Source: Diplonema japonicum (lineage: Eukaryota; Protista; Euglenozoa: Diplonemea). Taken from it: a stretch of DNA of 64,000 bases. The notes beneath the pieces were generated by a model. The model was given only the letters and a program-made list of their open reading frames with translations, was not told where the DNA came from and did no database searches. Positions within the stretch are counted from its first letter, which is position 1. Each line of letters begins with the position of its first letter. The translations under genes and the position numbers were made by a program. Below, in pieces: positions 30,824 through 43,888 of the stretch. The DNA lies in contig OZ025662.1 in the NCBI GenBank assembly GCA_964019335.1, forward strand, positions 558,001 through 622,000, read 5' to 3'.

Positions 30824-31414
30824 CTTCTTTTTCCGTCTTTCCCCTATTTGGTTTGATTCTTTTTTTTATATTTGTTTGATTCATATGTTTTTTGCTTACT
30901 TGAAAAAAATGCCGAAGGGGAAAAAAAAAAAAAAGAAGAAGAGTCGGCGATTGTTGTGTGCACCGGATAACCAACAAGCCTGCCAATACTCTTTTTTTTT
31001 TTTTTTTAGCAAAAGAACAATAGTTCTTCGTTGTGTGGAACTGCCATCTTTCAGTTTTTTTTTCTTTTCTTGTTTCCACTTTCAACGTGGGGGGGTAACA
31101 TAGGAGGTACAGTCACCGCAGGTGTGTACTTAGCGGAAGCTCCGCAAGCCCAAGCTCACATTGACGAACAGGCAACTGGCTTCCGAAAAAAAAAAGTGAC
31201 TTCCTAGTCTAATCTCTTGTTCCCCTCTTTTTTCCCCCCTCTCTTTTTCCAAAAAAAAAAAAAGAAAAGTGAATGCAGTATTTTGAAGTCCGGACCCCCC
31301 CCCCCCCCCCCAACTTGTTTTCCTAGCTCTTCTTTAAGGTTTTAATTTTTTATTTATTTATTCATAAATCATTCAGAATAGGAGCGGGGAGGGGGAGGTG
31401 GAGGGGGAGAGGAA

Positions 31415-31849
31415 ATGCTAGATCTGGAGGCTCTTTTTGGCAGCCTAGGAGACTGTCTGGCGAGCACGAAAGGAAAAGCTGTCATGGGACGAACGAGCGC
31501 AATAATACAGTACCAGTTCAGAGATGTAGGCGTGGGGTACGTGGCAGACTACAGCACGGGAAGGGTATATGCTGGAAGCCACCCTTCGCCAGAGCTGATT
31601 TTGATGCTTGATATTGCTACATTTGAGAAGATGATGGACGCTTCGAGAAGACCCGTGGATGTAATTATGTCTGGAGAAGCAAGCCTCGTTGGTAATCTGC
31701 AGGTAGCCTTTGACCTCACTTTTGACATTTTATGCCTTCGAACCCTGCCCCACCTGGACGAGAAGAAACGGAAACGGGTACCCACCAAGCGTGACGACTC
31801 TTTGAACCTCCAACTACACACCAGCAAAAAACCAACAGCATTTTGTTAG
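31415..31849 (+). CDS. Divergent SCP2-like protein
   Basis: IIQYQFRDVGVGYVADYSTGRVYAGSHPSPELILMLD aligns with VITYEFPDTGVSYVMDLKAGKAYKGKHDDPACTFKMD. Confidence 0.7.
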   Translation: MLDLEALFGSLGDCLASTKGKAVMGRTSAIIQYQFRDVGVGYVADYSTGRVYAGSHPSPELILMLDIATFEKMMDASRRPVDVIMSGEASLVGNLQVAFDLTFDILCLRTLPHLDEKKRKRVPTKRDDSLNLQLHTSKKPTAFC

Positions 31850-31977
31850 ATTTTCTTTTTCTTCCTTTTTTTTTTTGTTTTTTCGAGGATAAAAAAAAAA
31901 AGAAAATAAAAAGGGGAGGGGGGGGAAAAAAAAAGAATTGGGGGAAAAAAGAAAACATATGGTGCATTTGGAAATTG

Positions 31978-34900
31978 ATGGTGGGAAGTAACGGGAGCGA
32001 AAAGGATATCGTTGGTGTTGATCAAATGATACAAGAACAACACGCAACGGGCGAGGCAGAGACGGGTGAGGTGGACAAAAAAGTAGCAGTGAAGCTCAAG
32101 AGCTTGTTGTCCCTGCAACAAGACAAGGATGGCCCCGCGGAACCTGTAATATCTGTGCCCAGCTACCCAGCAACGTCAATGTACATTCTGGCGGAAAAAG
32201 AGACAGTTCGAAGCATTTTCTTGGGCGGCGGCGGTTCGACTCAGCTGATCTACAAAGGGGAACGAGAGTCATATAACACATTGGTATCATCACTATTTTG
32301 TTTCGGACCTCTGAACCCGCTGAGAATCTTTGCATTCGACTTCATCAATTCAAAGCTTGCGGAGAACGCTACGCTGCTGCTCATCATATTGAACTCCATC
32401 ACGTTGTCTATAGACGCTGCAGATTTCAATGATGAGGGCTTGAAGGGGTTTCTTGTAGCAAGCGAATACTTCTTCCAAATCGCCTTTACCATTGAGATGC
32501 TGACAAAGATCCTCGCGTTGGGCTTTATGCTCCACCCCCACTCATATATGCGTGGCACCTGGAACATCATTGATTTCGTTGTTGTGATGGCCGGGTTTTC
32601 CATGTTTTTCCCGGGCGGGACGAATGTCAGCGTGGTGAGGTTGGTAAGGGTGATCCGTCCTTTGAGGACCATCAGCAGGGTAGCTGGGATGCGTATTATA
32701 ATGAACAGTATTATAAGTTCCATTCCAACTCTGCTTGAAGTATTCGTGTTGCTGTCATTCTTGATCATCATCTTCGCCATCACTGGAATGAGCCTGTTCG
32801 GAAGTAACTGGCACCAACGCTGCCATGTGGTCGATGAGACAAACGATAAGTTGTACTACCCTGTTCAGAACGACTCCATTCCATGCGGTACTGGTCGGAA
32901 TTGCAGTTCGAACGGCGTCACGTTGCAGCAGATATGTGTCAAAGGTGCATACAGGGACAGGATTTTGAACTTCGATCACTTTCTGTCTGCCACGCTCCTC
33001 GTCATCAAGATCATCACCCTCGACGACTGGCCAGACGATATGCGGAAGGCGCAGAACATCGCGGGCTTCTACTCCTTCGCGTACTTCCTCATCCTCACCA
33101 TCGTTGGGTCGTACTTCTGCATCAACCTCGTCCTTGCCATCCTCAGTAGCGTTTTCTCCGAAGAGGCCGACGCGCAGGTGATGGATGCCGTGCAGATGAG
33201 CTCTGTTGTCTTCAAAGAAGGGGACTGTCTCCTGTCTTTGAGCAACGCAACTGCTACCAACCCTGGCGGGCAAAACCCTCCTGACGGCGACCCCAGCAAC
33301 GTCCTCGACCCGAACACGGACACCAAATGGACAGACTACAATCTATGCGAACTCATCGTCTCCTTCTCCTCATTGGTCACTGTTGAAGCTTACTCATGGG
33401 TCACAGCGAAAGACGCCCCACAATGCGACCCTGTCAGCTGGCGTCTGAGCGGCAGCAAGGACGGGTTGTCATGGGACCACCTTGACGAGGTTTCCGACTA
33501 CCCGACAACGGTGGAGCGGCGGGAGGAGTTACCTCCTTTTACCATCGAGCGTCCTGAGGAGTACCGGGCGTATAAGTTCACGCTGTTGAAACGGAGGATA
33601 GACATTGAGGACGGGGAGTTAGAGTCAGAGGAGGAACTGCCCACCGTAGAGGTCAATATGAACGAGACAGTGAATAGTTTAGACAGTGCTGCGAGATTGC
33701 CGTGGCAGCGGGTGCCAAGAAGAAGAAAGAGCAAGGTGAAACTGAGCATACAATCGACGCGGTCGAGCTTCGACGAAGAACTGGAGGAGTCGGAAACCAC
33801 TCTGAACAACATAAGGATGAGATTTGTTCACATAGTGTGTCACCCCATGTTCGGGTGGTTTATCTTGTTTGTGACCATAGTGAACGTAACATGCATGGCA
33901 ATGGACCACCACGGCATCGACAAGTCGTGGAAGGAGATCACTGACCAAATAATCTTCTGGTGTTCCGTCGTCTTCGTCGCGGAAATGTTTTTCAAGATCT
34001 TCGCGTTGGGTTTCAAGCGGTACTTCCAAGACCGGTACAATGCCTTTGACTGTATACTCGTTCTCATTTCCATCCCTGAGCTTGTCCTTGCTTTCAAAGA
34101 CGGAATCAGTGGAACAGGGGTCAGCGGTTCCATCTCCGCGTTTCGCGTCTTCCGTTTAGCACGGTTTGCAAGGGTTGCAGAGCGGCTTGAAGCCTTGCGC
34201 GTGTTGTTGGAAACGATTGTCGAGAGCATCCTCAGTGTGATGTACTTGTTTCTCATCATGTTGCTGTTTATCTTTATGTTCGGGATCCTCGGATTGCAGC
34301 TTTTCAAAAACACGTATCCTGAGGCACCGCAACGGTATCCTGAGGACTACACGGCAGGGGAAAGAAGCCACTTCGACACGTTTCCACAGGCATTGCTGAC
34401 TGTGTTTGTGGTGATAACCGGAGAGGCATGGGCGACGGTGATGCGTGACGGGATCCTAGGGACGTCATGGGGAGCTGCGTTGTATTTTGTTCTGGTTTTT
34501 GTGTTCGGGAACTATGTATTGCTGAACCTGTTCATCGCCATTCTGATATACAACTTCAGCGAAGCATCGAAGCGAAGCAACTTGGAAGCAGAGGACCCAT
34601 CAGAAGCATTCGCAGGCACACCGCGAAGTGTAGGACACGCGGCACGACTGTTATTGTGCGACTCCCCTCGCTGCAGCAGGGAGATACCAAACCCTTTAAA
34701 CCGACCAGCATCCAGAGAACGAGGCCGGGAAGCAATAGAATACAGCATAATGTGGAGCAACCCACGGCCGGAAAACATCATCGCAGAGTGGCTGTACACA
34801 AAGTTGGAAGAGGGGCGACAGGAATATCGGTTGCAAGGGATGTCATTCGGGTTCTTCCCCCCCGACCACAGGCTGCGTGTGTTCCTCGCCGGTATTGTAC

Positions 34901-37534
34901 TGCACCCGTTCTTCGACTACGTTGTCATCTTCATCATCCTGTGCAACGTGGTGTTCTTATCCTTGGACAACCCTTCCAGTGATGAGAACCGCACAAGAAG
35001 GGACTTGATCTACATTACGGATATCATTTTCACAGTGCTGTTCTTTCTAGAATCCGTTTCCAAGTGCATTGTGCTGGGGGTGTATCATCGTGTTGATGAT
35101 GAAGACGCGGAGTACGGCAACTACCGGACGGGCTACTTGAACAACGTGTGGAACCGCATTGATATGGTGGTCGTTGTGACTGCCATCGCAGGGCTTGGTT
35201 TTGCCCCGTTCAAACTTTTCAGGAGCCTTCGCGCGGTGAGGTTGGTCATTATATCCGTCGATGTGAGGGTCTTGGTGCTGTCGTTGCTCATGGCGTTGCC
35301 GCAGATCGCGTACGTGCTTCTTGTCTGCTCATTTGTGTGGCTTGTCTTCGGGATACTGGGCGTCTCGTTGTTCAAAGGATCCTTTTATTACTGCACGGAC
35401 CTAAGCGTAGTCGCGAAGGAACACTGCACGGGTCTTCATGAACTCGTTGTATTGGGTTGGAACGGAACAGAGACGATATTGGAGGAGCGGCAGTGGAAGC
35501 GGCCTCGGTACCACTTCGACAATGTGGGGCATGCAATGATGACCTTGTTCGAAGTTGCTGTTGGAGAGGGGTGGGCGAAGATCATGTACACTGGTATGGA
35601 CTCTAGTCTGGACGGCGATAAGGCGTTGCGAAAAGAAGCGAATTTCGTGCACAGTCTGTACTTCGTTATGTTTGTGATAGTCGGGGGGTTCTTCGCGATG
35701 AACCTTTTCGTCGGCATGTTGATCGATCAGTTCGGCAGAGTCCGTTCGGAGAAGGACGGGACCGCCTTTCTCAGCGAGCCCCAGCGGGTGTGGCTAGGCG
35801 TTGCCAAGGTCATGTCGCGTACAAAGCTGTACCGTGTCCCTGTTGTGCAGTACCTCAACCCTGTCTTGCACAAGATCTCCATTATCGCACGGCACCCCTA
35901 CTTCGACCATTTTATTCTCGGCCTTATCGTCGTCAACCTCGTCTTCATGTGCACCGCCCATGAAGGCCAGCCTGTTGTCGTTACTGATATGCTTTATTAC
36001 GTGTATGAGTAGAATGGGAGGGGAGAAAAAAGATTGAAGATAACACTATTAGGAACTACACGTTCACTTTGATCTTCGCGGTGGAGGCTATTGTGAAAGT
36101 AATCGGGCTTGGTATGGGAATAGGGGTGAAAACAGTATCAATTTTCAGGTCCTTCTGTTTACTTCGGTGACAGTTGGTGCAGGTTCGATTTCTTGTTGGT
36201 GGTGTCCTCACTGCTTGGGCTGATACTCAAGGTTGGGACGGAATGGACACGGGTGTTGAGAATAGGGAGAATATTCAGATTGATTAAACGGGCGAAGAGT
36301 ATGAAAGTGATTAAAGTGAAGAAAATCACCCCCCCCCCCCCCCCCCTCCCCCCAGGCCTCCAGAAGCTATTCACGACGCTGATGTACGCGTTGCCTTCAC
36401 TGGCGAACATCACTATTTTCTTGATAGTTGTGTTTTTTATGTTCGGGGTGGTTGGTATGGGGTGTTTGCACGGGAACCAACCCCAAAAAGGCGTCAATCT
36501 GTTTGGCCGAATCACCTTCAAGGGCAACGAAGCCTTCGACTCCAATACGAACTTCAGAGATCTCGGCCATGCCATTGTGTTGCTCTACGCGTATGTGGAA
36601 TTGGAAAAAAAAAAAAAAAAAAAAAAGTGTTGCAACAACCGAAACATGGACAGATGTCATGGAGGCTTGCATGGTAACAGAGGGCAACTCTGGTATGAGT
36701 TTGCGGATTTCTTTTGTTTTTTTGTTTTTACACCTCCTTCCCCTTACAGGATGCACCGACAGCGACGACTGTGGGACGAACTGTTGCGGCACGCAGTGGG
36801 CCGTTTTGTATTTCTTCTCGTTCATGGTGCTTGGTTCCTTCGTAGTGCTCAACCTGTTTGTGACGGTGCTGCTCGATCAGTTCCAAGAAGAAGACGCTTT
36901 GAACAGCAAGGACAATCTGTATGGCCCCCTTCTTTCTTTTAATTCTTTCATCTTAAAACCCAGCACCAAAATGGAAATCTTCCGCGTTCTTCGGGAAAAG
37001 TGGGTCCACTTCGACACTCAAGCCAACTCCACCGTGCCTGCACATGTCTTCATTGGCATCATAAGGAACCTTCCGGACGGTGTGAGCAAGGATCTCGGGT
37101 TAGTCAGGTCGAAACGGAACAAAGAGGGAACGTTCATGAACTTCTTGGCCAGTCTTTCGCTTCCGGTCACGGCGGTGAGCAACTCTTCTTTTCCAAGAGG
37201 GTACCAGCTTCATGTGGAGTACGGCGTGGCACAGCGGTACCTTGCACTAAGAGCTTTTAAAATCAGCATGTCAGATGCTGTTCAGGTTCAGCTACTCACA
37301 AAAACACCAATGCCATGCCATCTCCCTTCCAGCTCACAAGCCCATTTTTGCATCCACCACTACTACGCTGTGCGCAAACTATGCCAAGCAACTTGTTCTT
37401 ACCGCCGGCGAAACAAAGCAGCCAGCATAGATGCAACCACCATCTATGTCGTCCAAGCCTGCCCTGGCAAGATACACCCTTCGTCAGTGCAGGGCCCCGA
37501 TAACAGCGACGATGATGCAGAGGCCAAGGACTGA
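31978..37534 (+). CDS. Four-domain voltage-gated Ca2+ channel alpha subunit; introns 36003-36052, 36112-36148, 36299-36355, 36455-36490, 36591-36627, 36693-36749, 36919-36963
   Basis: Four S4 RxxR arrays; pore loops TLDDW, TGEAW, VGEGW, TTETW; splicing restores domain IV. Confidence 0.9.
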
Positions 37535-37757
37535 TTGCTTTTGTTTTTCTTTTCTTTTTTTTCTTTTCCTCTCCTTTTTTCCAAAAGGGGATATGGGCCT
37601 TTTTTTTTTTTCATTTTTTTTTTCTCCCCCCACCTCCTTTTTTTTTTTTTTTTTCCTCTTTTTGTTTTGATGTTTGAACCGATTTGGTGATAATTCGCTG
37701 GTAGAAAAAAAAAAAAGAATTACAACACAGAGGGTGGGGGGAAAGAAAAATTAATAA

Positions 37758-38007
37758 ATGCCCGCGGGCAAGGGGAAGAATGCACCGTTCGATAAACAGG
37801 TTTTAAAAAAACAAAATAAAAAAAAATATAAAAAAGGTAATTGACACAATGAAATCGCTGAAACACCCGAAATTGGCGAACCCGCACACGGGGCTGCCAA
37901 AAATGAAACTGGACCACCGGAAATACAGTGCAGTGGGCCACCACCACCACCACCGCCAGAACCGGAGCCAGCAAGGAACAGGGATGCAACGGTGCAGAGT
38001 AATGTAA
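37758..38007 (+). CDS. 70-aa two-exon basic microprotein ending in CaaX (CRVM); intron 37800-37836
   Basis: MPAGKGKNAPFDKQ|VIDTMKSLKHPKLANPHTGLPKMKLDHRKYSAVGHHHHHRQNRSQQGTGMQRCRVM*; typical poly-A intron; not in the ORF track. Confidence 0.6.
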
Positions 38008-38071
38008 CCCCCTCCCCCCACACTCCCATGCTTTTTCTTTGACGGGGCTTTAGATTTTTGCAAGCGTTATT

Positions 38072-38106
<35 letters not shown>

Positions 38107-38262
38107 TAAGAGCACGCACCGCAAGATCGAGCTTTTTTTTTTCTCTTTTTTTCTTACACGTAACATTTTTGTTTGGAGTTTTTCACCAGTATATTTTATA
38201 TTCCTTTTTATTTGATTTAATTTGCTGTTTTGTTGTATTTTCATCGAGAGGAGGAGGGGACA

Positions 38263-38961
38263 ATGATGAACGAGTCAGCATGCAGCTCAAGCGAGGAATC
38301 GGAATACCTCGCCGAAGAAACAGAGCGCTTCACACTGAAACCGCCCCCGGCAAATCTGCAACGGGCACTGCTCCCATCACGCAGCAAGCACGAGTACACC
38401 GTAGTCTTCGACTTGGACGAGACCCTTGTGTGGCACCCGAGCCCAAGGGTCGTGTACAAAAGACCGTTTTTAGGACAATTGCTAGAAGCTCTTCACGGTA
38501 AGTGCGAGATGGTACTGTGGAGTGCGTCAACAGCCTCAATGGGGGAGCTTGCTCTGAACGTTATCGACCCTACAGGGAAGTACTTCGACCATGTGATCTT
38601 CAGGGACTGCTCGTGGTTTAAAGACACCCCGAAGGTCAAGTACTGCAAGTACCTCTCACAGCTGAACAGGCCTGCCAGCAAAACGCTCATAGTGGAGAAT
38701 TCCCCTAACAGCGTTCGGTTTAATAAAGATAATGGTATCATTGTCCCTGATTTCGCCACGCACACAGTCACCTACGATCCAACCCTCCAGCTTCTTGCTC
38801 AAGTTCTCTCCACATTGATCTCTTCCCACATCCCTGTGCCATCGATGCTCGCATCACACCCACTGATAGAGCGTGTTGGGTTGGTACGTAGAAATGCTTA
38901 TGGAACACCGTTACGCTGCAAGGCTCCTGGGGTGTTTCATTATTTGAAGCTCCGACAGTAG
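38263..38961 (+). CDS. FCP1/SCP-type (NIF) HAD phosphatase
   Basis: VVFDLDETLV, KRPFL, LWSAS, LIVENSP. Confidence 0.9.
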   Translation: MMNESACSSSEESEYLAEETERFTLKPPPANLQRALLPSRSKHEYTVVFDLDETLVWHPSPRVVYKRPFLGQLLEALHGKCEMVLWSASTASMGELALNVIDPTGKYFDHVIFRDCSWFKDTPKVKYCKYLSQLNRPASKTLIVENSPNSVRFNKDNGIIVPDFATHTVTYDPTLQLLAQVLSTLISSHIPVPSMLASHPLIERVGLVRRNAYGTPLRCKAPGVFHYLKLRQ

Positions 38962-39970
38962 AGGAAGAAAAAAAAAAAGAAAAAAAAAAAAAAAAGAATG
39001 AAATGATAGAAAGGGAACTTGAGAAGGTGACAAAAGATGGAAAAAAAAAAAAAAAAAAAAAGAGGAGAAGTTGTTGTTATAATGTCCCTCTCTCGCTTCA
39101 CTTAAAAAAAAAAAAAAAAAGAAGAAGAAAAAAAAAAATAAAGCCATTTACTAATGAGTTGGAAAGAAGAAAAGAAAAAATGCTTTTCTTTGTAGGAAAG
39201 CAATATATGGACACATGAACTGTTATTTTTAAATAGTAGCGATGCATTTGCGACTGTGGTCGTCGTACTGGCTTGTGTCATCTTGACGTTAAAAGATAGA
39301 GTTTTATTTTTGTCAGTGCCTTAATTAAGACTTTTTCGCGGCGCAGTTTGTTGATCCAACACAAAGGGGAAAAAAAAAAAAAGAAGAATGAAAAAAAAAG
39401 GAAGGGAAAGGCTTGCCTCCCTTTCATAACTTTTTGCACTGAGTAGAACTCAGGTCCATCCTTTTTTTTTTCCTCTCTCTCTCTCTCCCCTCTTCTAGGG
39501 ATTTTGTACGCCCCCCCTCCCCTCCCCTCCCATTAAATCTTCTAATTGTCATTAGTAGTTGACCCTCACTCCCCTTCCTCTTCCCCCTTCCTCAACCTTT
39601 TATTGGTGGAGATTCGTGGCTTTTTTTTGGCAAAATAAAAAAAAAAAGGAGGGTTTTTTTTTTTCCTTCTATTCCACTTCTTTTTGTAGTAGGGCTTGAT
39701 TTCCTTTCCTTCAAAAATACTGTAAAAAAAAAAAGAAAGAAAAAAAAAAGAAGAAGAAGAAGAAATGATGAAACAGACAAGCGATTGGGGGGGGGGGGGG
39801 GGGGGGGGGTTTCCCCCGTTTCAGCGAGTTCGGGAATTTGTCAAAAATATCCTTCGGCGGCTTCTTCAGAGGTGGAGGCCCGGAAAGGACTTGTGTCCAA
39901 GGGGAGGCATCCAGCGATCTTCTTCTGCCTGCAAGCTCCATTTAGTCTAGTTCGCATTTATTTGTTTTAC

Positions 39971-40006
<36 letters not shown>

Positions 40007-40707
40007 CCCATATCCTTTTGTATCCTTTTCCACTCACACGCGGCTATCAGGGGATGGGGATTTAAGATTTGGGGGGGGCAACTCTAGAACAGTGCATAAC
40101 GACGGCACTGGGTTCAGGCCAAACCTACCCATTGTCTTCTTTCTTTCTTTATTTTTCTCTCTCCTTTTTGCCAAATTCATGCTGCTTCTCGGCATTATGA
40201 ACTATCTTTTCTTCTTTTTTTTCTCTTTTTTTTTTTTCTGTTGGCAGAGTATTTAACACTTTATTCTTTTATCTGTATTTTAAACGGGCCAATTTGCAGA
40301 AACTCCAATTTCTTCTTCTTTTTTTTTTCTTCTTTTTGACTAGAGGGGGGGAAAAAAAAAAGAAGAAAAAGAAAACCCATGATAGGTTAGGTAAAAACTA
40401 ATATCTATTTTTTTTTTTTTGTCGAAAACAGAATCATTTTTCCCCTCCCTTCTTTTTTTCTTTTTTTTTTCCAGGATCCCAGAAAAAAAAAAAAAAAAAG
40501 AAAGGGGAAAAAAAAAGGTCCTGAGGGTGGGGCACTAAAAAAAAAAAAAAAAAAAAAAAAAAAGCACACCGAGAAACAAAAAACTTTCTTTTTTTTTTTA
40601 TTATTCCCTTTCTTCACACAGACGCCTTGCCCCTCCTTATTTTTTTTAAAAAGTTTTTTATTCCCTCTCCTAAATCATCCAAAAAAAAAACAGCAAAAAA
40701 AAAAAAA

Positions 40708-42656
40708 ATGAACTACCTAACCCACGTGGCCAGCGGGCTGTTCAACGTATTTAAGCCCAACGACGGAAAAGAAGAAATCCCGTCGGAGCTTCTAAAAGAC
40801 GGCGATGATCTCGGAGCGGTTAACTGCGAACCCCAAATCCGAGCGGTGAAATGGAAAGGCACAGTCGGAGTCTACAAAAAATCAACCGCGCCAGGCGTAT
40901 ACACACAAATAGTAGAAAAAGCAACAATGGAACTGATATGGAGCGGCGCAAGGTCGTACTCCATCGTGATAAGCTCTACAGGTGAGGACAAACCCATATT
41001 AACCACACCTATAGGAGAAGGCCTGTCCATCACGTACCACACGGAAACCTGCTCAGCAATGTTCACGTCCATCTTGGAAGGCGACGAGGACATCATGGAA
41101 TGGTCCGCGATCATGCTTGCAGACGACCCGGACCGAAAAAAACAAATGCTGGATAAATTTCTAGAAGCGTACAACGCTTGCTCCTACAATGTATATTACC
41201 AACCAGGAGACAGCGACGAAGACCGCGACAACGACGAACAAGACGAACCTGACCCAGTTCTACCCGACGATCGGTCTTCCATATGGTGCGGCGGTGTATG
41301 CGAATCATTATCTCCGTGCAGAAGCGAGGAACTTTTCGACTGTGAAGAAGAAGATGAACATGAAGGCAACGAGAAGAAAACGGCAAAATCAGACCTCTCA
41401 AGCACCGATAGAAATATCACGCTCTCCGATCTAGCAAAGCCTGCCCGACTCGTCGTTCTTAAGGATCGACCTGAATACGGGTCAGTCATCGGGGTGTACC
41501 CCTACGCAGCCACAGGGTTTGACGATTTGAACACTGTGGAGATCTCTGGTCTTAAGTGGGACGGCAGTGGTATCAATGCACGCGAGCTCGTCCCTGTCCC
41601 TCACGATGACAGCAAGGTGTTGCTGCTTGACCCTGACGCGCCGTGTGGAGGTGTTTATATGGCAGACATCACTCAGGAGAAGATTATCACCACGTACGCG
41701 CCAGGTGCCGATTTGGACCTTTCCATCAACCACATCTTGCCCACGGCAACCGATGCCCACCCGCACCTTGTAACTTGCCTTGTTAATACTGCTGTTTTCG
41801 GGATGGACACGCGAGCGGAATCCAGGAAGTGTGGGATCCTTAACGAGAAGGGCGTCACACAGACTGTCATGGTGTGTGCGGAAGAAAGAAAGTTTAAAAA
41901 AGAAATAAAAATAAAATAAGGATTGGGGCCTGAGCCTCAGCACCAAAAAACGACTAACGTGCCACGCCACTGCGCCCGATGGGAAGCTGGCCGTCGGAAG
42001 CTACACAGGCGACATCAGGCTGTACTCCGGTACACCCGGCACGAAGAAGTCTGTTGGGAGCGGGGTATGCAGTTAAAAGCAATTAAAAAAAAAAAAAAAA
42101 AAATCAGGTTCATCCGAAAACAGCAAAGACGCTGCTCGAGGGTTTCGGGCAGCCTGTCAAACACTTGGACATGACGAAGAAGGGCGACTGGCTGGTCGCG
42201 ACGCTGGACAGCTTTTTGGTGCTGATGAACCTCACCTTCGTGGATGACAAGGATGCAGAACGCAACGGGTGCCAGACACCCATGGGGAAAAAAAAACCAA
42301 AGCCCATCAAGCTCTCACTGGGCCTCAAGTCCATGAAGGAAATCGGATTGGGGCAGACCTTCAAATGCGCTAAATTTGAAAAGCTTGACCCCTCAAGCGA
42401 CTGTGAAGAGTCTCGTATTGTGGCCACCATCGGGAACGTACTTGTCTCCTGGAACCTCAGCCTTATTAAAAAGGACAAGGAACGTGGGACCGAACTGGTG
42501 AGCATGGAGCACGACAAGGCACCCCTCGTGGACATCGCAGCCTCGAGAGACGACTCAGGTGTGAAGTACATCACCGAAAACAGCGTCTCGATGGCCACCC
42601 CGAAGACACAAAAGCCACATCTTGCCGGAAAGAAATTCACTATTAGCTTTCAGTGA
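40708..42656 (+). CDS. VID27: VID27-like protein; introns 41872-41920, 42065-42107
   Basis: Spliced exons give GKLAVGSYTGDIRLYS..KTAKTLLEGFGQPVKHLDMTKKGDWLVAT. Confidence 0.8.
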
Positions 42657-42744
42657 GGAGGAAAAAAAAAAAGAGAAAAAACCCACGTTTACCCCAGCAG
42701 TTTATTTATTTCACCCACCAACGTCTGCCACAGGATGGGAAACA

Positions 42745-43119
42745 ATGACCACATGCAGTGCCGATTCGCACTTACACAGGCATGCCGGGCACCATTCTAA
42801 AGCAGCAGTGCACGCATTCGTAACAGGCAAGGTACAAGGCGTGGAGTACAGAGGTCACTGCAGGGAGAAGATCCGTGAGCTGGGTCTCAAGGGGGCAGTC
42901 ATCAACGTTCCCAATGGCACCGTGGAAGTGAAAGCCACGGGAAAGCCGAAAGAGCTAAAACGACTGTGCCGGTGGCTGCCCAAAGGGTCGCCAACCTCCA
43001 GAGTTACAGACGTAGCAATGGTCAGCCAGTACTGCAGGAAGGGCGAGAACAAAACAGACATGTGCCACATAGGGCAAATGGGGATAAACGGGCGAAAAAA
43101 GATCAATAGAACCGATTAA
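42745..43119 (+). CDS. Acylphosphatase (3' end uncertain; possible intron from 43021)
   Basis: VTGKVQGVEYR, G.VINVPNGTVEV, GSPTSRV. Confidence 0.85.
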   Translation: MTTCSADSHLHRHAGHHSKAAVHAFVTGKVQGVEYRGHCREKIRELGLKGAVINVPNGTVEVKATGKPKELKRLCRWLPKGSPTSRVTDVAMVSQYCRKGENKTDMCHIGQMGINGRKKINRTD

Positions 43120-43264
43120 GGCGGCGGTGGGGGGGGGGGTGTTTTTTATTATTATTTCCCTTTACACGTATCTAGATTTTCATTTTTATACAATTCAAAA
43201 AAAAAAGAAAAGATATATAGCCCGACAGAGGAAAAGAGGGGACGAAAAAAAAAAAGAAAAAGAA

Positions 43265-43855
43265 ATGGATGAGGCGTACGATGTGGTGATCCTCGGGACG
43301 GGGCTCACGGAGTGCGTGCTGAGTGGGCTGCTCGCAACCAGCGGGCAGAAGGTCCTCGTTATGGACAGGAACAAGTACTATGGGGGTGACGCTGCTTCCC
43401 TGAACCTTGAGCAGTTGTTTGAGAAGTTCAACAAAGGTGCCCCTTCGGACAAGCTTGGCAGGAGCCGCGATTACAATGTGGACCTTGTCAGCAAGCTGCT
43501 CATGGCGAACGGAAAGCTTGTCAAAATGCTTCAGAAGACCGGCGTCACCAAGTACGGCACTGAGTTCACCCTCATCGACGGTTCCTTCGTCCAGCACAAA
43601 GGGAAGACATACAAGGTCCCCGTCACCGAAAGAGAGGCGCTCAGCTCTTCCCTCATGGGCATCCTCGAGAAGAGAAGGGCTGCAAAGTTCTTCCTCTTCG
43701 CACAGGAATACGACGAAGCCGACCCCAAGACGCACAAGGGATACGACCTCCACAAGATGACCATGAGGGAGCTCTTCGGGAAGTTCGGGTTGTCCGACTC
43801 CACCATCGACTTCATCGGGCATGCCATCGCACTGCAGGTTCGTCGGGGAAAAATA

Positions 43856-43888
<33 letters not shown>

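Noticed and set aside
40181-40200. GCTTCTCGGC resembling the U2 snRNA 5' end
   Set aside because: Only a 10-nt match; no GTAGTA branch-pairing sequence or downstream U2 structure
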